Assembly: GCA_021613535.1 (NCBI GenBank) | Contig: CP075496.1 | Coordinates: forward strand, 10,168,001 to 10,232,000 | DNA length: 64,000 nucleotides | Direction: 5' to 3' | Source of the DNA: Adineta vaga | Lineage: Eukaryota > Animalia > Rotifera | Part shown: in pieces, positions 13,431-26,955 of the stretch | Layout: the number at the start of each line of letters is the position of its first letter | How positions within the stretch are numbered: position 1 is the stretch's first letter | Program-made: the position numbers and the translations under genes | The notes under the pieces: model-generated | The model's database searches: none | What the model was told of the DNA's origin: nothing | Seen by the model: only the letters and a program-made list of their open reading frames with translations

Positions 13431-14378
13431 TCAAGTTATAATATTTCGATTAAAGTTATGAACAGTTAATGTTGGTTGATGAATAATTAAATGATGTTTT
13501 TTCCATTGATCAATTAATTTTAATGTTTGTTTTCTTTCTTTTGTTATACAAAGAACAGTTAAAAGAATTAAAAGACTTGACATTAAACTTAATATGACAT
13601 GACCATAGATAAAGATCTTTTCAACAGATAAATGAATTAAAATCAAAAATAATCGTGCAAGAAATTCTAATAATAGTCCAATAGCCCATATAATTGTTAT
13701 CATATAACATGAACGACGAAAAGATAAACAATGTGCATAGATCCATTCATAAACTTGAGCAACTTCTTGTTTATGAGTTAATTGAGGTAATATATTCTCT
13801 TCCATCAATTCCATTTGTTGATCATCCATCAATTCTTGTTCACTTTCAAATACAATATCAGGTAAACCAACATCAGCACGTTTTGTTGGTACTAAATCTT
13901 GGTAGAAATAATAAGCAAGAGGACGTATATAACATCGATGATGACAACAATGAAATGGTATTAATGTTATTGCAAAAATAATGGATATAACACCGGTTAC
14001 AAGTGATTTTTCTAATAATAAAATAACAGGATTACGTGTAATGATAGCAGCAATAGCTGATGCAGAAAAAGCAATAAAAACCAGAAAACCAAGTGCATCG
14101 AATGTTCGTGAGATAATACCTTTAATAATAACCATGATTAATGGTGGAATACCAGCAGCTAGAAGTGCATGAACTGGTTTTGTTCGTTTCTGTAGAAGAA
14201 GATAGACGACAAATGGAAAAATAAGATCAACAAGAATTGTTAGGAGAAAACGTGGAATATGTTGTTTAATCGTATTCCAAACAGAAAATCGTGTTTGTTG
14301 TATAGATAGTGCAACATCTTCGTGGGAATCAATGTCCAAATTCAATGATAAACAATCAGAATCGGAATCAGAAGCCAT
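13431..14378 (-). CDS. VC0807-like multi-pass membrane protein, copy 2
   Basis: Paralog of 11614-12615; shares RPLAYYFYQDLVPTKR and KQEVAQVYEW. Intronless. Confidence 0.7.
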   Translation of the reverse strand: MASDSDSDCLSLNLDIDSHEDVALSIQQTRFSVWNTIKQHIPRFLLTILVDLIFPFVVYLLLQKRTKPVHALLAAGIPPLIMVIIKGIISRTFDALGFLVFIAFSASAIAAIITRNPVILLLEKSLVTGVISIIFAITLIPFHCCHHRCYIRPLAYYFYQDLVPTKRADVGLPDIVFESEQELMDDQQMELMEENILPQLTHKQEVAQVYEWIYAHCLSFRRSCYMITIIWAIGLLLEFLARLFLILIHLSVEKIFIYGHVILSLMSSLLILLTVLCITKERKQTLKLIDQWKKHHLIIHQPTLTVHNFNRNIIT

Positions 14379-16207
14379 TGGATTAATTTTCAGTACTTAA
14401 AATCAAATTTTAGAGAGTAAATATTTAAAATATTTCATCTTATTAAATTCAAAATTACACATGACAAATAAAATAACAAAACGGAAATGATTTTTGATAT
14501 TTCGAACGATAAACATCGTCATTTCTTTTATTGAGTACTTCTTATCATATTTTACATGGTCGATCAACGACATACATATTCAAAACTAACGACGTCATTT
14601 TAATAACCTTATCAGAGATATCTATATAAATTTCTCGAGAAATCTAATAGAAATATCTGTATGTCTAATTAACTTGACTATAACATATTTTATCGACATT
14701 ATTTTCCTTCCTCCTACACACTCATAAATTAGACTCGAAGGTTTTTTCTTCAAGTAAATGATTCAGATATAAATCGCATATTTTCTTCAACAATAATGAA
14801 AAACAATCTTCGAAATAATACTCACTTCGAATATTGGATCATCATTGATAATTATCATTACTTTGTTTTTTTTTCTCAAATATTATCGTAATGTTGAATT
14901 AACACAGTGAGAATCATTCAAGCATATAGGCACGTGAAGGAATCTAGTTGCATTAAATGTAGTTTCTTCTCCTCTTTTCTTTTTTTCTCGTATATAAAAA
15001 TAATAACTCTTAGACGGTCGGATTTTTTTTACATATTCAAATGAATATATACAAGACACGTTTTCTTTGCTCTTATAAATATTGTCGATATAGTGTGATT
15101 TTATTTCGTAATAAAAAAAGAAAGCGAAAGAAGCAACATGTTTTTTTTTGTTATGGTCGTTCTCATAAAGTTTGATTTTTATCGTATCTGCAAAAGAAAT
15201 GAATGATGCGCAATCATATGTGATTTTCGATTTCTAAGAAGTCATATTCAATGTCTAGACATGTTAATTGATGACCCTTTTTTTGTCTAGTAATTTAACA
15301 TATCGTTGTTGTCCTCGGTAAGAAATAGATTGTTGAAAAGATGGATAATATCTTTCTGTAATGAAAACAAGTTGATTTTCATTGAACTATTATATTTCAA
15401 TTGATGAAATACAGAACGAAAATTGCATTCCAATGTCTATGAAATATGTTGATATATAAAATTCAAAAGATAATATTACGGGTCAAATTCTAACGTTTTC
15501 TTCATCAAATATTATGTTTGATAACAACTTTATCTTGGGAAAAAAATAAATGAAAACTACATTTTTCGACCGATTATATTCGTTTTACTTCTGACGATAT
15601 GAATTACTTCAATTCTTATTATATTACTCATACTACATTTGTCAGAGAATATCAATCTCGTAATGTTGCATCATCTAACTGATATTTGTCTTGAGAATTA
15701 TGAGTATCCCACACAGTTTGTTTTTAAAAGCATACTTTTTGTTTCTTATCTATAATGAAATAGAGATTTCTCATGTAAATAAATAATCAACATGAATTCA
15801 TTAGTCACATTTTATAAAGGGACAATGAGTCAATGGAAAACTTTAACAATTTCGATAAAATTTCATGTGTTGAAAGTTTGCAAATGTATTAGCCGATGTT
15901 ATCTGAATTATTATCTTAGTAACAGTAAATGTGTAAGTTTTCATTTTATCAGAATTTATTGTTTATGTATTTCGTAGAGAAAGTGAAAAACAAAAATATG
16001 TTGACTCTTACAATATAGTAGATATGACAGAAAGAAGTTACATGATTTTTTTTCTCTCATTTTCTTATCTTTTTTCATAAGATATGTTTGTTTAGGAGGC
16101 GTATAAACTGTTTATATTTAGGTGACTACTGTTGTAACGACGCATACCAAGATATTTTCAGTTTCAAGCAAATCGTATTTCGAATCTTTTTGTAGGAATA
16201 CGTGAAA

Positions 16208-18334
16208 ATGTTAAGATTAGGTATGGGACAAATTTTTTCTATATTTATTTGCTATGAAAAATTCACTTCTATTGCAGCGATTATTCTTATTTTGGGGCTT
16301 ATCACAGTTCCATATATAAGATGTACCGAACCGACTACAATTGCAATTCCAACCACTGATGGTGCTTCCGTCACTGTCCCGTAAGATGAAAGTTCATTAC
16401 GCTTCTTCCGTATTTTATTTATCCTTTCACACAAAGACAGAGCGAGTATTAGATATATAGGAATTTAATTAATCGAGAGAACAGTTAACTTCTTAAAGAT
16501 ATCATCTACAATCTGCATTTCATATAAGCAAGATTACCAACAGGAATGTGTATCGAATATGTCATAATAGGTTATATAGCTCATCTCAAAATTGAGTTAG
16601 TTTAAAGAGTATGCTTTCAAACGAATATCAAGTAAAAGCTGCGTTATTAGTCAGTGATAAAATTATTTGTGAACAATACTATCAAGGAACAAATAAAGAT
16701 TTGAGTTTTTTTAATAACTGACATCAAATATACATATAGTATGTCACATTTATGTATAATCATTGTTTATTCGTAGACCTGCGACTACACAACCACCGCC
16801 AACAACAGCACCACCAACAACCGCACCACCAACAACCGCACCACCACCAACAACCGCACCGCCACCAACAACTGCACCACCACCAACAACTGCGCCGCCA
16901 CCACCAATTACGACTTTCACTTCAGCAATGGTGCCAACGACGATGACAACACCAATCGAACAAACAACAGATCCCTCCTTCACTGATCCTACCATTACTG
17001 ACATAACCACAGAAACAACTACAACTACGACTACAACAACAACAACAACACCTGCAATTTTACCCATCATTGAATGCGATTTCAATGGACCATGTTTTGG
17101 GCCTGGTGCTTTTGAAATCACAAATGGTATCAAATTCGTTACAATTCCTCTCACAAATACAACTGAACCACCTCGAGGACCAACATCAGATGCCATGTCG
17201 ATCAGTAACTATCCTTTTTCATCATCATCATCTCATCATCATCATTCGTATTCATCCGTCTTCTCTAGCTAACCCAACAAGTAACAACGAAGTATGTCAA
17301 CTTCCTTACAAACCAAAACTCGATGGTAGCACAGCAACGACAACTTGGGATGCTTGGTTTTGTTACAATGAAGAATGTCCGACAGCAAGTGGTGGAATAG
17401 GAAAATGTTCATTAGGTAAGCACATTCCACATAGTCCATGCAATTACATCAATGCTACGGAAATACTCTGCTTTGTACGAACTTGACAAGTATATGTTGT
17501 ATGTTCATAGATCAATACGGTCTCATTGCACTTCCTCCAACTGAAAGTTCAAAGACAGTGATTGATTCTTTGACTTCAAAAGCATCACCACGAGATGCAT
17601 CTGGTGATCAATGTCTTCGATTTTATTATTATTTTACTGTTTATGATGGAGCAGATTGGGGTCAACAAATTAAATTATCGATTAGACCTAATAATGCAAC
17701 TAGTGCAGATTCGATTGGAATACTCACTGTCAGCGATATGAAAGAAAATAAATGGAATATTGCTAGAATCCCATTTCGAAGAAACTCATTGAGTGATACT
17801 GTAAGATATTTTATTGAATGAAAATGCTAAGAAGTAGAAGTTGTTGATATCCATAGTTAGAAATCAATTTCATGGTTGTGGACGACAAACGGCCACAAAC
17901 TCCAGCAACAAGTCGAGACATAAACTTTGCAATGGATGTGATGAGATTGTATGATTATAATTGTTCATGTAAGTGAAAATGTTATGAGAAGGAGAGATGA
18001 TTTGGATGGTGGTTTCTTTTAGATGTGGGAGAGGTAATCGATGGAGTCTCTCGTCCCACTGATCCACCTCCACCTGGTGACAGTGAGTAGTTAATGGTGT
18101 GATGATCTGCTAAAATACTTTGTTGTACTTGTAGAAGGACCAAATTTAGGGTTGATTCTTGGTCTTTCTTTGGGTATTGGTATTCCAGTATTGTTGGCAG
18201 CCGTCATTGGTACTGTAATCGTCATAAAAAAGAAGAATAATTCCGGTGATGCAAAAAATAATATACCAATGAATAAGCGTCCAGGAAAGAGCATGTATGA
18301 TGAAGATCCATTCAACGATCCAAATGCATTTTAA
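16208..18334 (+). CDS. Mucin-stalk + MAM-like domain + TM receptor-like protein A (multi-exon)
   Basis: Spliced signal peptide MLRLAIILILGLITVPYIRC, (TTAPPP)n stalk, MAM-like motifs CDF..C, GDQCLRFYYYF, W and FAMD..LY..NC, TM LILGLSLGIGIPVLLAAVIGTVIVI, short tail. Confidence 0.78.
16783..16910 (+). repeat. Coding Pro/Thr tandem repeat (15-18 nt units) in MAM gene A
   Basis: ACAACYGCACCACCA(CCA) units encoding TTAPP(P). Confidence 0.9.
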
Positions 18335-18679
18335 TTGGTCTATTTTGATACTTTTTGTTGTTATTATTTTCTTACCTTTTTTGTACTACTGCATTTATAT
18401 GAAGGATAGGAAGCCTGATAAATCGATCAGTAGATTCTTTTAAACAATGCGAAGAATTGTAAAATTGATAAATTTTCCTGTATTATTCATTAAGATTTAT
18501 ATTGTGTTATAAGAATTTTCTCAACAATTCATTTTTCTAGATCAAATAATGACTCATTTAGGTAACATTATTGAATTCTGTTTTGCTTTGCATACAATTT
18601 CTATTCATATATTCACAGTAGAGAAAATCATTATTGACAATCATACATATAATATAGCCTGCAACTATTCTTATGTTCA

Positions 18680-19546
18680 TTAAATTTCCAAGTGAGTCTT
18701 TTTCCATTGTTGAATAAATCTTAATGTTCGTTTTCTTTCTTTTGCTATACAAAAAATTGTTAATGTAATACATATAATTGTTACAGAAGTTAATATCACA
18801 TGTCCATATATAACAATTTTATCCAATTTTAAATGTATAACAATTAGTATAAGTCGTCCAAGAAATTCTAATAAAAATCCTATGGACCAAATACTTGTTA
18901 TCATATAACATGCTGAACGAAATGATGAACAATGTGCATAAATCCATGCATAGACTTGTGCAACTTCTTGTTTAGGTGTTAATTTTGTTATTGTTAATTC
19001 TCCTTCATGTTGTTCATCAAACATTTCATGTTCATCCTCAAATAAACTATCCGGCAAACCAACTTCTATTCGTTTTGTTGGTACTAAATCTTGATAGAAA
19101 TAATAAGCAAGAGGACGTATATAAAAACGTTGTTGAAAACATCGTAATGGTATTAATGTTAAACCAAATATAATCGATAAAATCCCTGTAATCACAGATT
19201 TTTCTAGGAGAAGAACAATTGGATTATGTGTAATAACAGCAACAATAGCCGAAATGAGAAAAGCAATAAAAACCAGAAAACCAAGTGCATCGAATGTTCG
19301 TGAGATAATACCTTTGATAATAACCATGATTAATGGTGGTGTACCAGCAATTAATAGAGCATACACAGGTTTGATAAGTTTTTGAAGACTAAAATAAATC
19401 ACAAGTGGGAGAAGAAGATCAACAAGAATTGTTATTAGAAAACGTGGAATATGATGTTTGAATGTATCCCAGATAGAAAATTGGATTTGTTCAGATGACA
19501 TAGGTTCTTTTTGTTCATTGATTGGTGGAGACGATTTAGAAGCCAT
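18680..19546 (-). CDS. VC0807-like multi-pass membrane protein, copy 3
   Basis: Paralog of copies 1 and 2; intronless; convergent with MAM gene A. Confidence 0.7.
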   Translation of the reverse strand: MASKSSPPINEQKEPMSSEQIQFSIWDTFKHHIPRFLITILVDLLLPLVIYFSLQKLIKPVYALLIAGTPPLIMVIIKGIISRTFDALGFLVFIAFLISAIVAVITHNPIVLLLEKSVITGILSIIFGLTLIPLRCFQQRFYIRPLAYYFYQDLVPTKRIEVGLPDSLFEDEHEMFDEQHEGELTITKLTPKQEVAQVYAWIYAHCSSFRSACYMITSIWSIGFLLEFLGRLILIVIHLKLDKIVIYGHVILTSVTIICITLTIFCIAKERKRTLRFIQQWKKTHLEI

Positions 19547-20688
19547 TGGAGAATTTTAAATCTTAAATAAAGCATACAAATGAATTCTATCATCTATTCG
19601 ACATTAATCAACTAATATGATTGTTTATTTCATATAATTATTTACGAACTTTTTCTTTATTATATATTTTATGAAATCGATTTTTTGTTTGTAGATGATT
19701 GGTACATATTATTCTGTCTGTACCGATTGATTCATTCTCAGTCAGTAATATTAGTAATACATACGACAACTTGTGTCTCTATTATTTATTTTATATCTTC
19801 CTCTCTTGCGTTCGATAGTATATATATATGATTAGCAACCATGTGTGTACTAGCGATAACTATCGTTGTCGAATCATCCTTATATTTATAAGTTTGTTAT
19901 ATATATATTCTACTTTTCTTTTCTAGATGTATAATACACATATACGTTTGTTTGGTTATAACAAATTAGTTTTACTTACCAATGAAATTTAATATATATA
20001 TGTGTTCAGAATATATTTATCAAGAAGAGAATAAGATTTTTATAAAAGAAACCTGTTCGTATTTTTTTTTTCTTATAAAACGTCGACAGAATGGAAGAGG
20101 CAGTCGTGACGACGATGGCAAAAATGAACAAAAGAATAAGATTCATATGCATCACATTCCGTCAGAAATAAATATGTAGATGTAGTTTGTTGCCGAGCGT
20201 TCTTTTCTTTTTGTTGTAATCCTTTGATCAGATGTCCTTGTTGTTCATTGTTGAAAAGAGGAAAAAAACAATTATGTGATGAATTTTATGAATGATATAA
20301 TTATTTTTTCGTGAACCTGAAAATACATTGAATTTAAAATTGTTTCATGGAAATGTTTGAATGATTTCGATCGACAAAAAAAATGAATTCATTAGTTTTG
20401 ATATATGTTTACAGATCTTGTCATTTTAGAATGAAATTATCTTTGAATGAAAATTGATAGTTTTGATATTATTTTATAATGAAACTATGTTTTTAAAAGA
20501 GATTTCATGGTGATAAGATTTTTAAAATCATAAAAATTATTTTTCTTTTATTCTTATCTTCGTTGAAAAATATCTTTTAATTTACGACGCAATAGAATTA
20601 CTCATATCTACCTGATTCTTAGACTATCTTATTTAGATAAAACGTTAACTATTTTGACAAAAAAAATTCTCTTACATACAGATACACG

Positions 20689-23559
20689 ATGTTCAAATTA
20701 GGTAAAATTCAGATTTGATTTTTTTCATAGTTAGTTAATTTTATAATCGATAGAGGTTATTATCATTGTGAGCATATGGATCATTCCGGTGATTGAAAGT
20801 CAAAAGTATCTAGATTGCACATTTGATCAAGGTGATGTACCATGTAGACTTAATCCAGTTGACACATCTCCAGAATTACAAACTATAAGTTCTATTCCAA
20901 TAGATAATCCATTGACAGCTAACGTGCTGCCATTGTCTGATGTTACATCTATTAGTAAGTAGATACTTCATAATTCGACGTCCACATGTGTAGATGAGTT
21001 TTTGTTATAATGTCTAGCTAGACCAACTATTGGAAATAATCTCCCTTGTCAAATACCTTATAAACATAATAATAGTTCTGAAAATATTTATTTCTGTGCT
21101 CAAATGGAAAGCTCATCAAACTTGTCTTCTTGTATAACAACAGACTTTACGAATCAAGAATGTATGCTTGGTAGGATATTTGTTTTAATCTGTTTTATAT
21201 ATTCATATATTCATACGAATAGGTCAATATGTAATGGCACAACTAGATACAAAAGAAAATTTCACTTATTATATTGAAGTACCAGGTACAACAGGTCCAT
21301 CCTGCTTAACTTTGTATTATTATATAACACGTCCTAATGTTGGTCAAATTGTTGTCTGGTGTACTGATATTGTTGGTGGTACAACTGAACAAATTGGGAT
21401 AATCTCAAGTGTACCATATAATGGATGGCATCAGGCTCATTTTACTTTCGAGCCACGTGTAATGAATTATTATGTAAGTCGATAGAAATGAATTGAGCAT
21501 TATTATACGGTATTGTTTGCATTATATTCCGTATAGATACATTTCGATTTAGTTCGGTTGGAACACGCAGATCAAATAATATTTATTGCTTTCGATGAAA
21601 TCAAAATCGTTATTGGTCATTGTGGTATGAAGTTTTTATTGATTCGTTCTGTGTCGAGTGATATTTTTCATTTTCTTCAGATGGTGATATTGTTGAAACC
21701 ACTACTGTAAGTCTGATTTAGTCTTTCTCTTAGTTCTTCATGGTTTTCATCGGACATTAAGAAAGTCGATCAAACATCACAAACAACTACGCAAGAAGTA
21801 GTTGTTACTACGGTAATAACTCTATGTTGATTAAAAAATTTGATAACATGTTTTGTCAACCACATCTCAATTCATTCTAGAGTACTGCAGTTTCCACACA
21901 AGAAACTATGCCACCATCAACAGAAACATCAAGTACATCAACAATGTAAGATGCTAAACTATTCATTGAAAAAATTTACAATGATTCTCCTATATGATAA
22001 AGTAGTAAAATTATGCACTATTCATTTGATATATATATATATATATCATAGATCGTATCTTTAGCACCTGTTCAATGCTTAAAAATTTATTTTATCAACA
22101 GGAACTATGTTTCATCAATTTCTTTTTCATATATTTACTATCTAGATCAACACCAGTAGAAACAACAGAGTCTTTTTCATCTCAAACTTGGTTCGAAACA
22201 ACTGTTCCAACTACAATTACTCCTATCGTTACTACGGAACAGCCTTTTCATGCAATATTTCAGTGTGATTTTACTACATCATGTTTTGGAAACGATGCTT
22301 TTCGAATTACTAATGGAAATGAATTTAATCCAACGAATCTATCGAATAGTTCTGAACCACCCGAAGCACCTACATCAGATGTGACATCCATTAGTTGATA
22401 TAATTTTTTTAGTTCTTCTATACTAGTGTATAATTTTATTAATATCTTCTAGCTAATCCAACAAGTAACAACGAAGTATGTCAACTTCCTTACAAACCAA
22501 AACACGATGATAGCAACGAAACGACAACTTGGGATATGTGGTTTTGTTACAATGAAGAATGTCCAACAAAAAGTGGTGAGAAAGGAGCATGTGTAGTAGG
22601 TACGTATATTCTCTCCAGATTATGCAATCAAATCCGTGCTACGGACGTTCTCTTTTTGTGTATGAACTTGACAAGTATATGTTGCATATTTATAGATCAA
22701 TACGGTCTCATTTCACTTGTTCCATCGGAAAATGCCAAGATAGTAATCGATTCATTGACTCCAAATGTATCACCACGAGATGTATCGGGTGATCAATGTC
22801 TTCGATTTTATTATTATTTTACAGTTTATGATGGAGCAGATTGGGGTCAACAAATCGAGCTCACAATCAGATATAACAATGGTAGCGTTCAGGCTTCAAT
22901 TGGAACACTCACCATCGATGATATGAGAGAAAATAAATGGAATATTGCTACAATCCCTTTTCAAAGAGAATCATCGAATGATACTGTAAGACATTTTTTC
23001 TTTCAAAGAAAGGTACAGTAAATGCAACATGTCTCAATCTTTCTAGTTGCAAATTGTTTTCCAAGTTTTACTCGATAATCGAGAAGAAAATGCGACAACG
23101 AATCGTACAATAAATTTTGGAATGGATAATATTGAGTTGTATAATTACAACTGTTCCTGTAAGTCGAAAGGAAAAAAATGTTTGAAAAAACGAGAATGGT
23201 AAAGACTAAAGCGGTATGTTCTGTTTTAGATGTGAATGAACAACTGGCTACGACAACAGTTTCTACTCAATCGACTACAATAACAACCACTGAACCAAAA
23301 GCCACCCCTCCAAATAAAAGTAAGTCAATTTTCGAGTGATTACGGGTGGAAATTGTTTTTATTCTAATTTGCAGAAGAGCCAGATTTGGGATTAATTCTC
23401 GGACTTTCATTGGGTATTGGAGGTATTTTTATCATTATTATTACTGGATTTCTAATTCACAAATGCAAGGTGAAAGGACGGGCACGCAAAAAGAGTGCAT
23501 ATGAATACGATAAATATTTTCCATTAGAATCACCTCTTCATAAACGAAACAATAAATAA
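20689..23559 (+). CDS. Two-MAM-like-domain TM receptor-like protein B (multi-exon)
   Basis: ATG 20689 (MFKL exon), then a signal peptide. MAM-like domain 1 (CTFDQG..C, CLTLYYY, GWH, IAFDEI..GHC), Thr-rich linker exons, MAM-like domain 2 homologous to gene A, TM, tail ending ..KRNNK* at 23559. Confidence 0.75.
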
Positions 23560-24415
23560 TAAGCAGAGGTTACCAACTTGTACATTGATTCGTTTAATTT
23601 GATTAATACGTATAATGTTCATCTACTAAAACAGAGCTTATCTATAATAGTTTTTGTCATCAAACTTAAAGATAACATAAGGGTGGAAACAAAAACGTGA
23701 CATATATATTGATTAAAATCGTAATTTTCATGCATGATATGTTCTCGATCTAGTACTTGTATCTCTACTAATAATTGATTGGATCATATTACTAAGTAAT
23801 TATATATTTTATGCCAAGGATTTTTGAAAATAATTTACACAGCAATCATTGTGTTTTTTCATATATAATAATCTTTTAGTTTTAAATTAAAGCAAATTAT
23901 TCATTTGATTAGATACAAGTTTTTCCTTAATGCGATTATTTAACATTGTATTATAAATCTTAGAAATAGAAACATATTACTTTTTTCCCAGTTGTTAAAC
24001 TTTTTATTTATTACCCATGTATAAATTCGTGCTACAGATAAAAATTATGTAAAGGTAAGACATACGTTACTTTACATCCACACCCTGTTATCTTCTTCCA
24101 ACTTAATATTATCAGGGTGCTTCATTCATATTCGACTAGGAGTTTCGTCGTAGGTAACGACGCATGTATTTCATAACTATAACATTGATTGTTGTCCTGA
24201 CAATACGAAGAAATTCTGTTATTTTAACTCTGACGAAATATCAAAGAAAAAGATGAGATATTTAAACTATGAATCATTATCAAAGATCTTTTGTCTACAC
24301 TATAGGCACTATTGTTGTAGCAACCTATACAAAGATATTTATCGGTGACTATAACATAAGATTATATAAAGTGTCCTGAAAGTTGTTTTCTCTTTTTCAC
24401 TCATATATGTTAACA

Positions 24416-26730
24416 ATGAAGCTAAGACTAAGTATGATGTTGATTGCTTTTATAATATCGCGTCTGGAAAAGTTTTATTTTATTCTATTTTATTATAGTT
24501 ATCATCTTTGTTTTTGGATTACTGACAATCCCTCATTTTAAAGCGGATGACTCTTCAACAGAGCCAAGTACTTTTCAATCTGTTACAACATTTGGGTAAG
24601 TCTTCGAATTCAGATAATACCTGATAAATAGTATGCTTCGTTGATTTTTGATCAGAATCATCGTTAGATAAATAGCGGAAAAGAACAGTACGTTTTTAAT
24701 ACAGACGAGAAAGTAAGTCTTCGAGTTTCAGTGAACAATCATCAGCAATTCTAGACGTTTATCAGCTGTAAACTATTGTTGGTGAATAAAATTTAAAAAA
24801 ATGAGCACAAGATTTTTTTTTGATAAAAGACAGAAAAACCTCTCTATGGTATCCTGTATACTTCTAAATAACTGCTCTGAAATAATTATCATCTGTCGTA
24901 TGAATATTTATGTATAATGATTGTTTATTCGTAGATCTGCGACTACACCACCACCAACAACCGCAACACCACCGCTAACAACTGCACCACCACCAACAAC
25001 CGCACCACCACCGCTAACAACTGCACCACCACCAACAACCGCACCACCACCGCTAACAACTGCACCACCACCAACAACCGAACCACTACCGCCAACAACC
25101 GAACCACCATCTCCAACAACTGCACCACCACCAACAACCGAACCACTACCGCCAACAACTGCACCACCACCAACAACCGCACCACCACCGCTAACAACTG
25201 CACCACCACCAACAACCGAACCACTACCGCCAACAACCGAACCACCATCTCCAACAACTGCACCACCATCACCAATTACTATTCTCACTTCAGCAATGGT
25301 GCCAACTACGATGACAACACCAGTCGAACAAACAACAGATCCTTCCTTCACTGATCCTACCATTACTGACATGACCACAGAAACAACTACAACTACAACT
25401 ACAACAACAACAACAACACCTGCAATTTTACCCATCTTTGAATGCAATTTCAATGGACCATGTTTTGGGTCGGGTGCTTTTGAAATCACAAATGGTATCC
25501 AATTCGTTACAATTCCTCTCACAAATACAACTGAACCACCTCGAGGACCAACATCAGATGCCATATCGATCAGTAACTATCATTTCTCATCATCATCATC
25601 ATCATTCGTATTCATCCGTCTTCTCTAGCTAACCCAACAAGTAACAACGAAGTATGTCAACTTCCTTACAAACCAAAACTCGATGATAGCACAGAAACGA
25701 CAACTTGGGATGCTTGGTTTTGTTACAATGAAGAATGTCCAACAGCGAGTGGTGGAATAGGAAAATGTTCATTAGGTAAGCACATTCTACATAGTCTATG
25801 CAATTACATCAATGCTACGCAAATACTCTGCTTTGCACGAACTTGACAAGTATATGTTGTATGTTTATAGATCAATACGGTCTCATTGCACTTCCTCCAA
25901 CTGAAAGTTCAAAGACAGTGATTGATTCTTTGACTCCAAAAGCATCACCACGAGATGCATCTGGTGATCAATGTCTTCGATTTTATTATTATTTCACTGT
26001 TTATGATGGAGCAGATTGGGGTCAACAAATTAAATTATCGATTAGACCTAATAATGCAACTAGTGCAGATTCGATTGGAATACTCACTGTCAGCGATATG
26101 AAAGAAAATAAATGGAATATTGCTAGAATCCCATTTCGAAGAAACTCATTGAGTGATACTGTAAGATATTTTATTGAATGAAAATGCTAAGAAGTAGAAG
26201 TTGTTGATATCCATAGTTAGAAATCAATTTCATGGTTGTGGACGACAAACGGCCACAAACTCCAGCAACAAATCGAGACATAAACTTTGCAATGGATATG
26301 ATGAGATTGTATGATTATAATTGTTCATGTAAGTGAAAATGTTATGAGAAGGAGAGATGATTTGGATGGTGTTTTTTTTTAGATGTGGGAGAGGTAATCG
26401 ATGGAGTCGCTCGTCCCACGAATCCACCTCCACCTGGTGACAGTGAGTAGTTAATAGTGTGATGATCTGTTAAAATACTTTGTTGTACTTGTAGAAGGAC
26501 CAAATTTAGGGTTGATTCTTGGTCTTTCTTTGGGTATTGGTATTCCAGTATTACTATTTCTTATCATTGGTTTGATTTCTTATTTTAAAATATACAAGAA
26601 AAAATCAACAGTCACACCTATTCCTGCAACTAGCAATACAGTAACTACAACTGGTGCTATTGTGAATATCCCTTTAATACCGGTAAAGCAGATAGATGAC
26701 ACGAATGTTATAACAACCGTAGTAGTGTGA
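24416..26730 (+). CDS. Mucin-stalk + MAM-like domain + TM receptor-like protein C (multi-exon)
   Basis: Spliced signal peptide MKLRLIIIFVFGLLTIPHFKA, long P/T repeat, ectodomain nearly identical to gene A, distinct tail ending TTVVV*. Confidence 0.78.
24941..25275 (+). repeat. Coding Pro/Thr tandem repeat with higher-order structure in MAM gene C
   Basis: 18/21-nt units TTAPPP, TTAPPPL, TTEPLPP and TTEPPSP; the block TTAPPPLTTAPPPTTEPLPPTTEPPSPTTAPP occurs twice. Confidence 0.9.
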
Positions 26731-26955
26731 TCGAATGAAAATGTTGTTTTGTTTTTTTTCTCTTATTTTGATTATATTATTGAACTCAGACACACATAAA
26801 ACAGTTTTAATCAAGTTATATTCATCTTTAATATATAACAATTATCTAGATGAAAATTCAGTAGATCCATTGTCTTTGATCTTATAAATGATATTCTACA
26901 GAACACATATCCTGATACTCTGAGATTTGATCTCAATGAAAACATTTCAATAATA

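Noticed and set aside
24941-25275. Possible CRISPR-like or telomeric repeat
   Set aside because: No unique spacers; it is an in-frame mucin repeat.
16750-25564. Minus-strand Val/Gly-rich ORFs (16750-17196, 24908-25564, 24943-25275)
   Set aside because: Antisense shadows of the Pro/Thr repeats.
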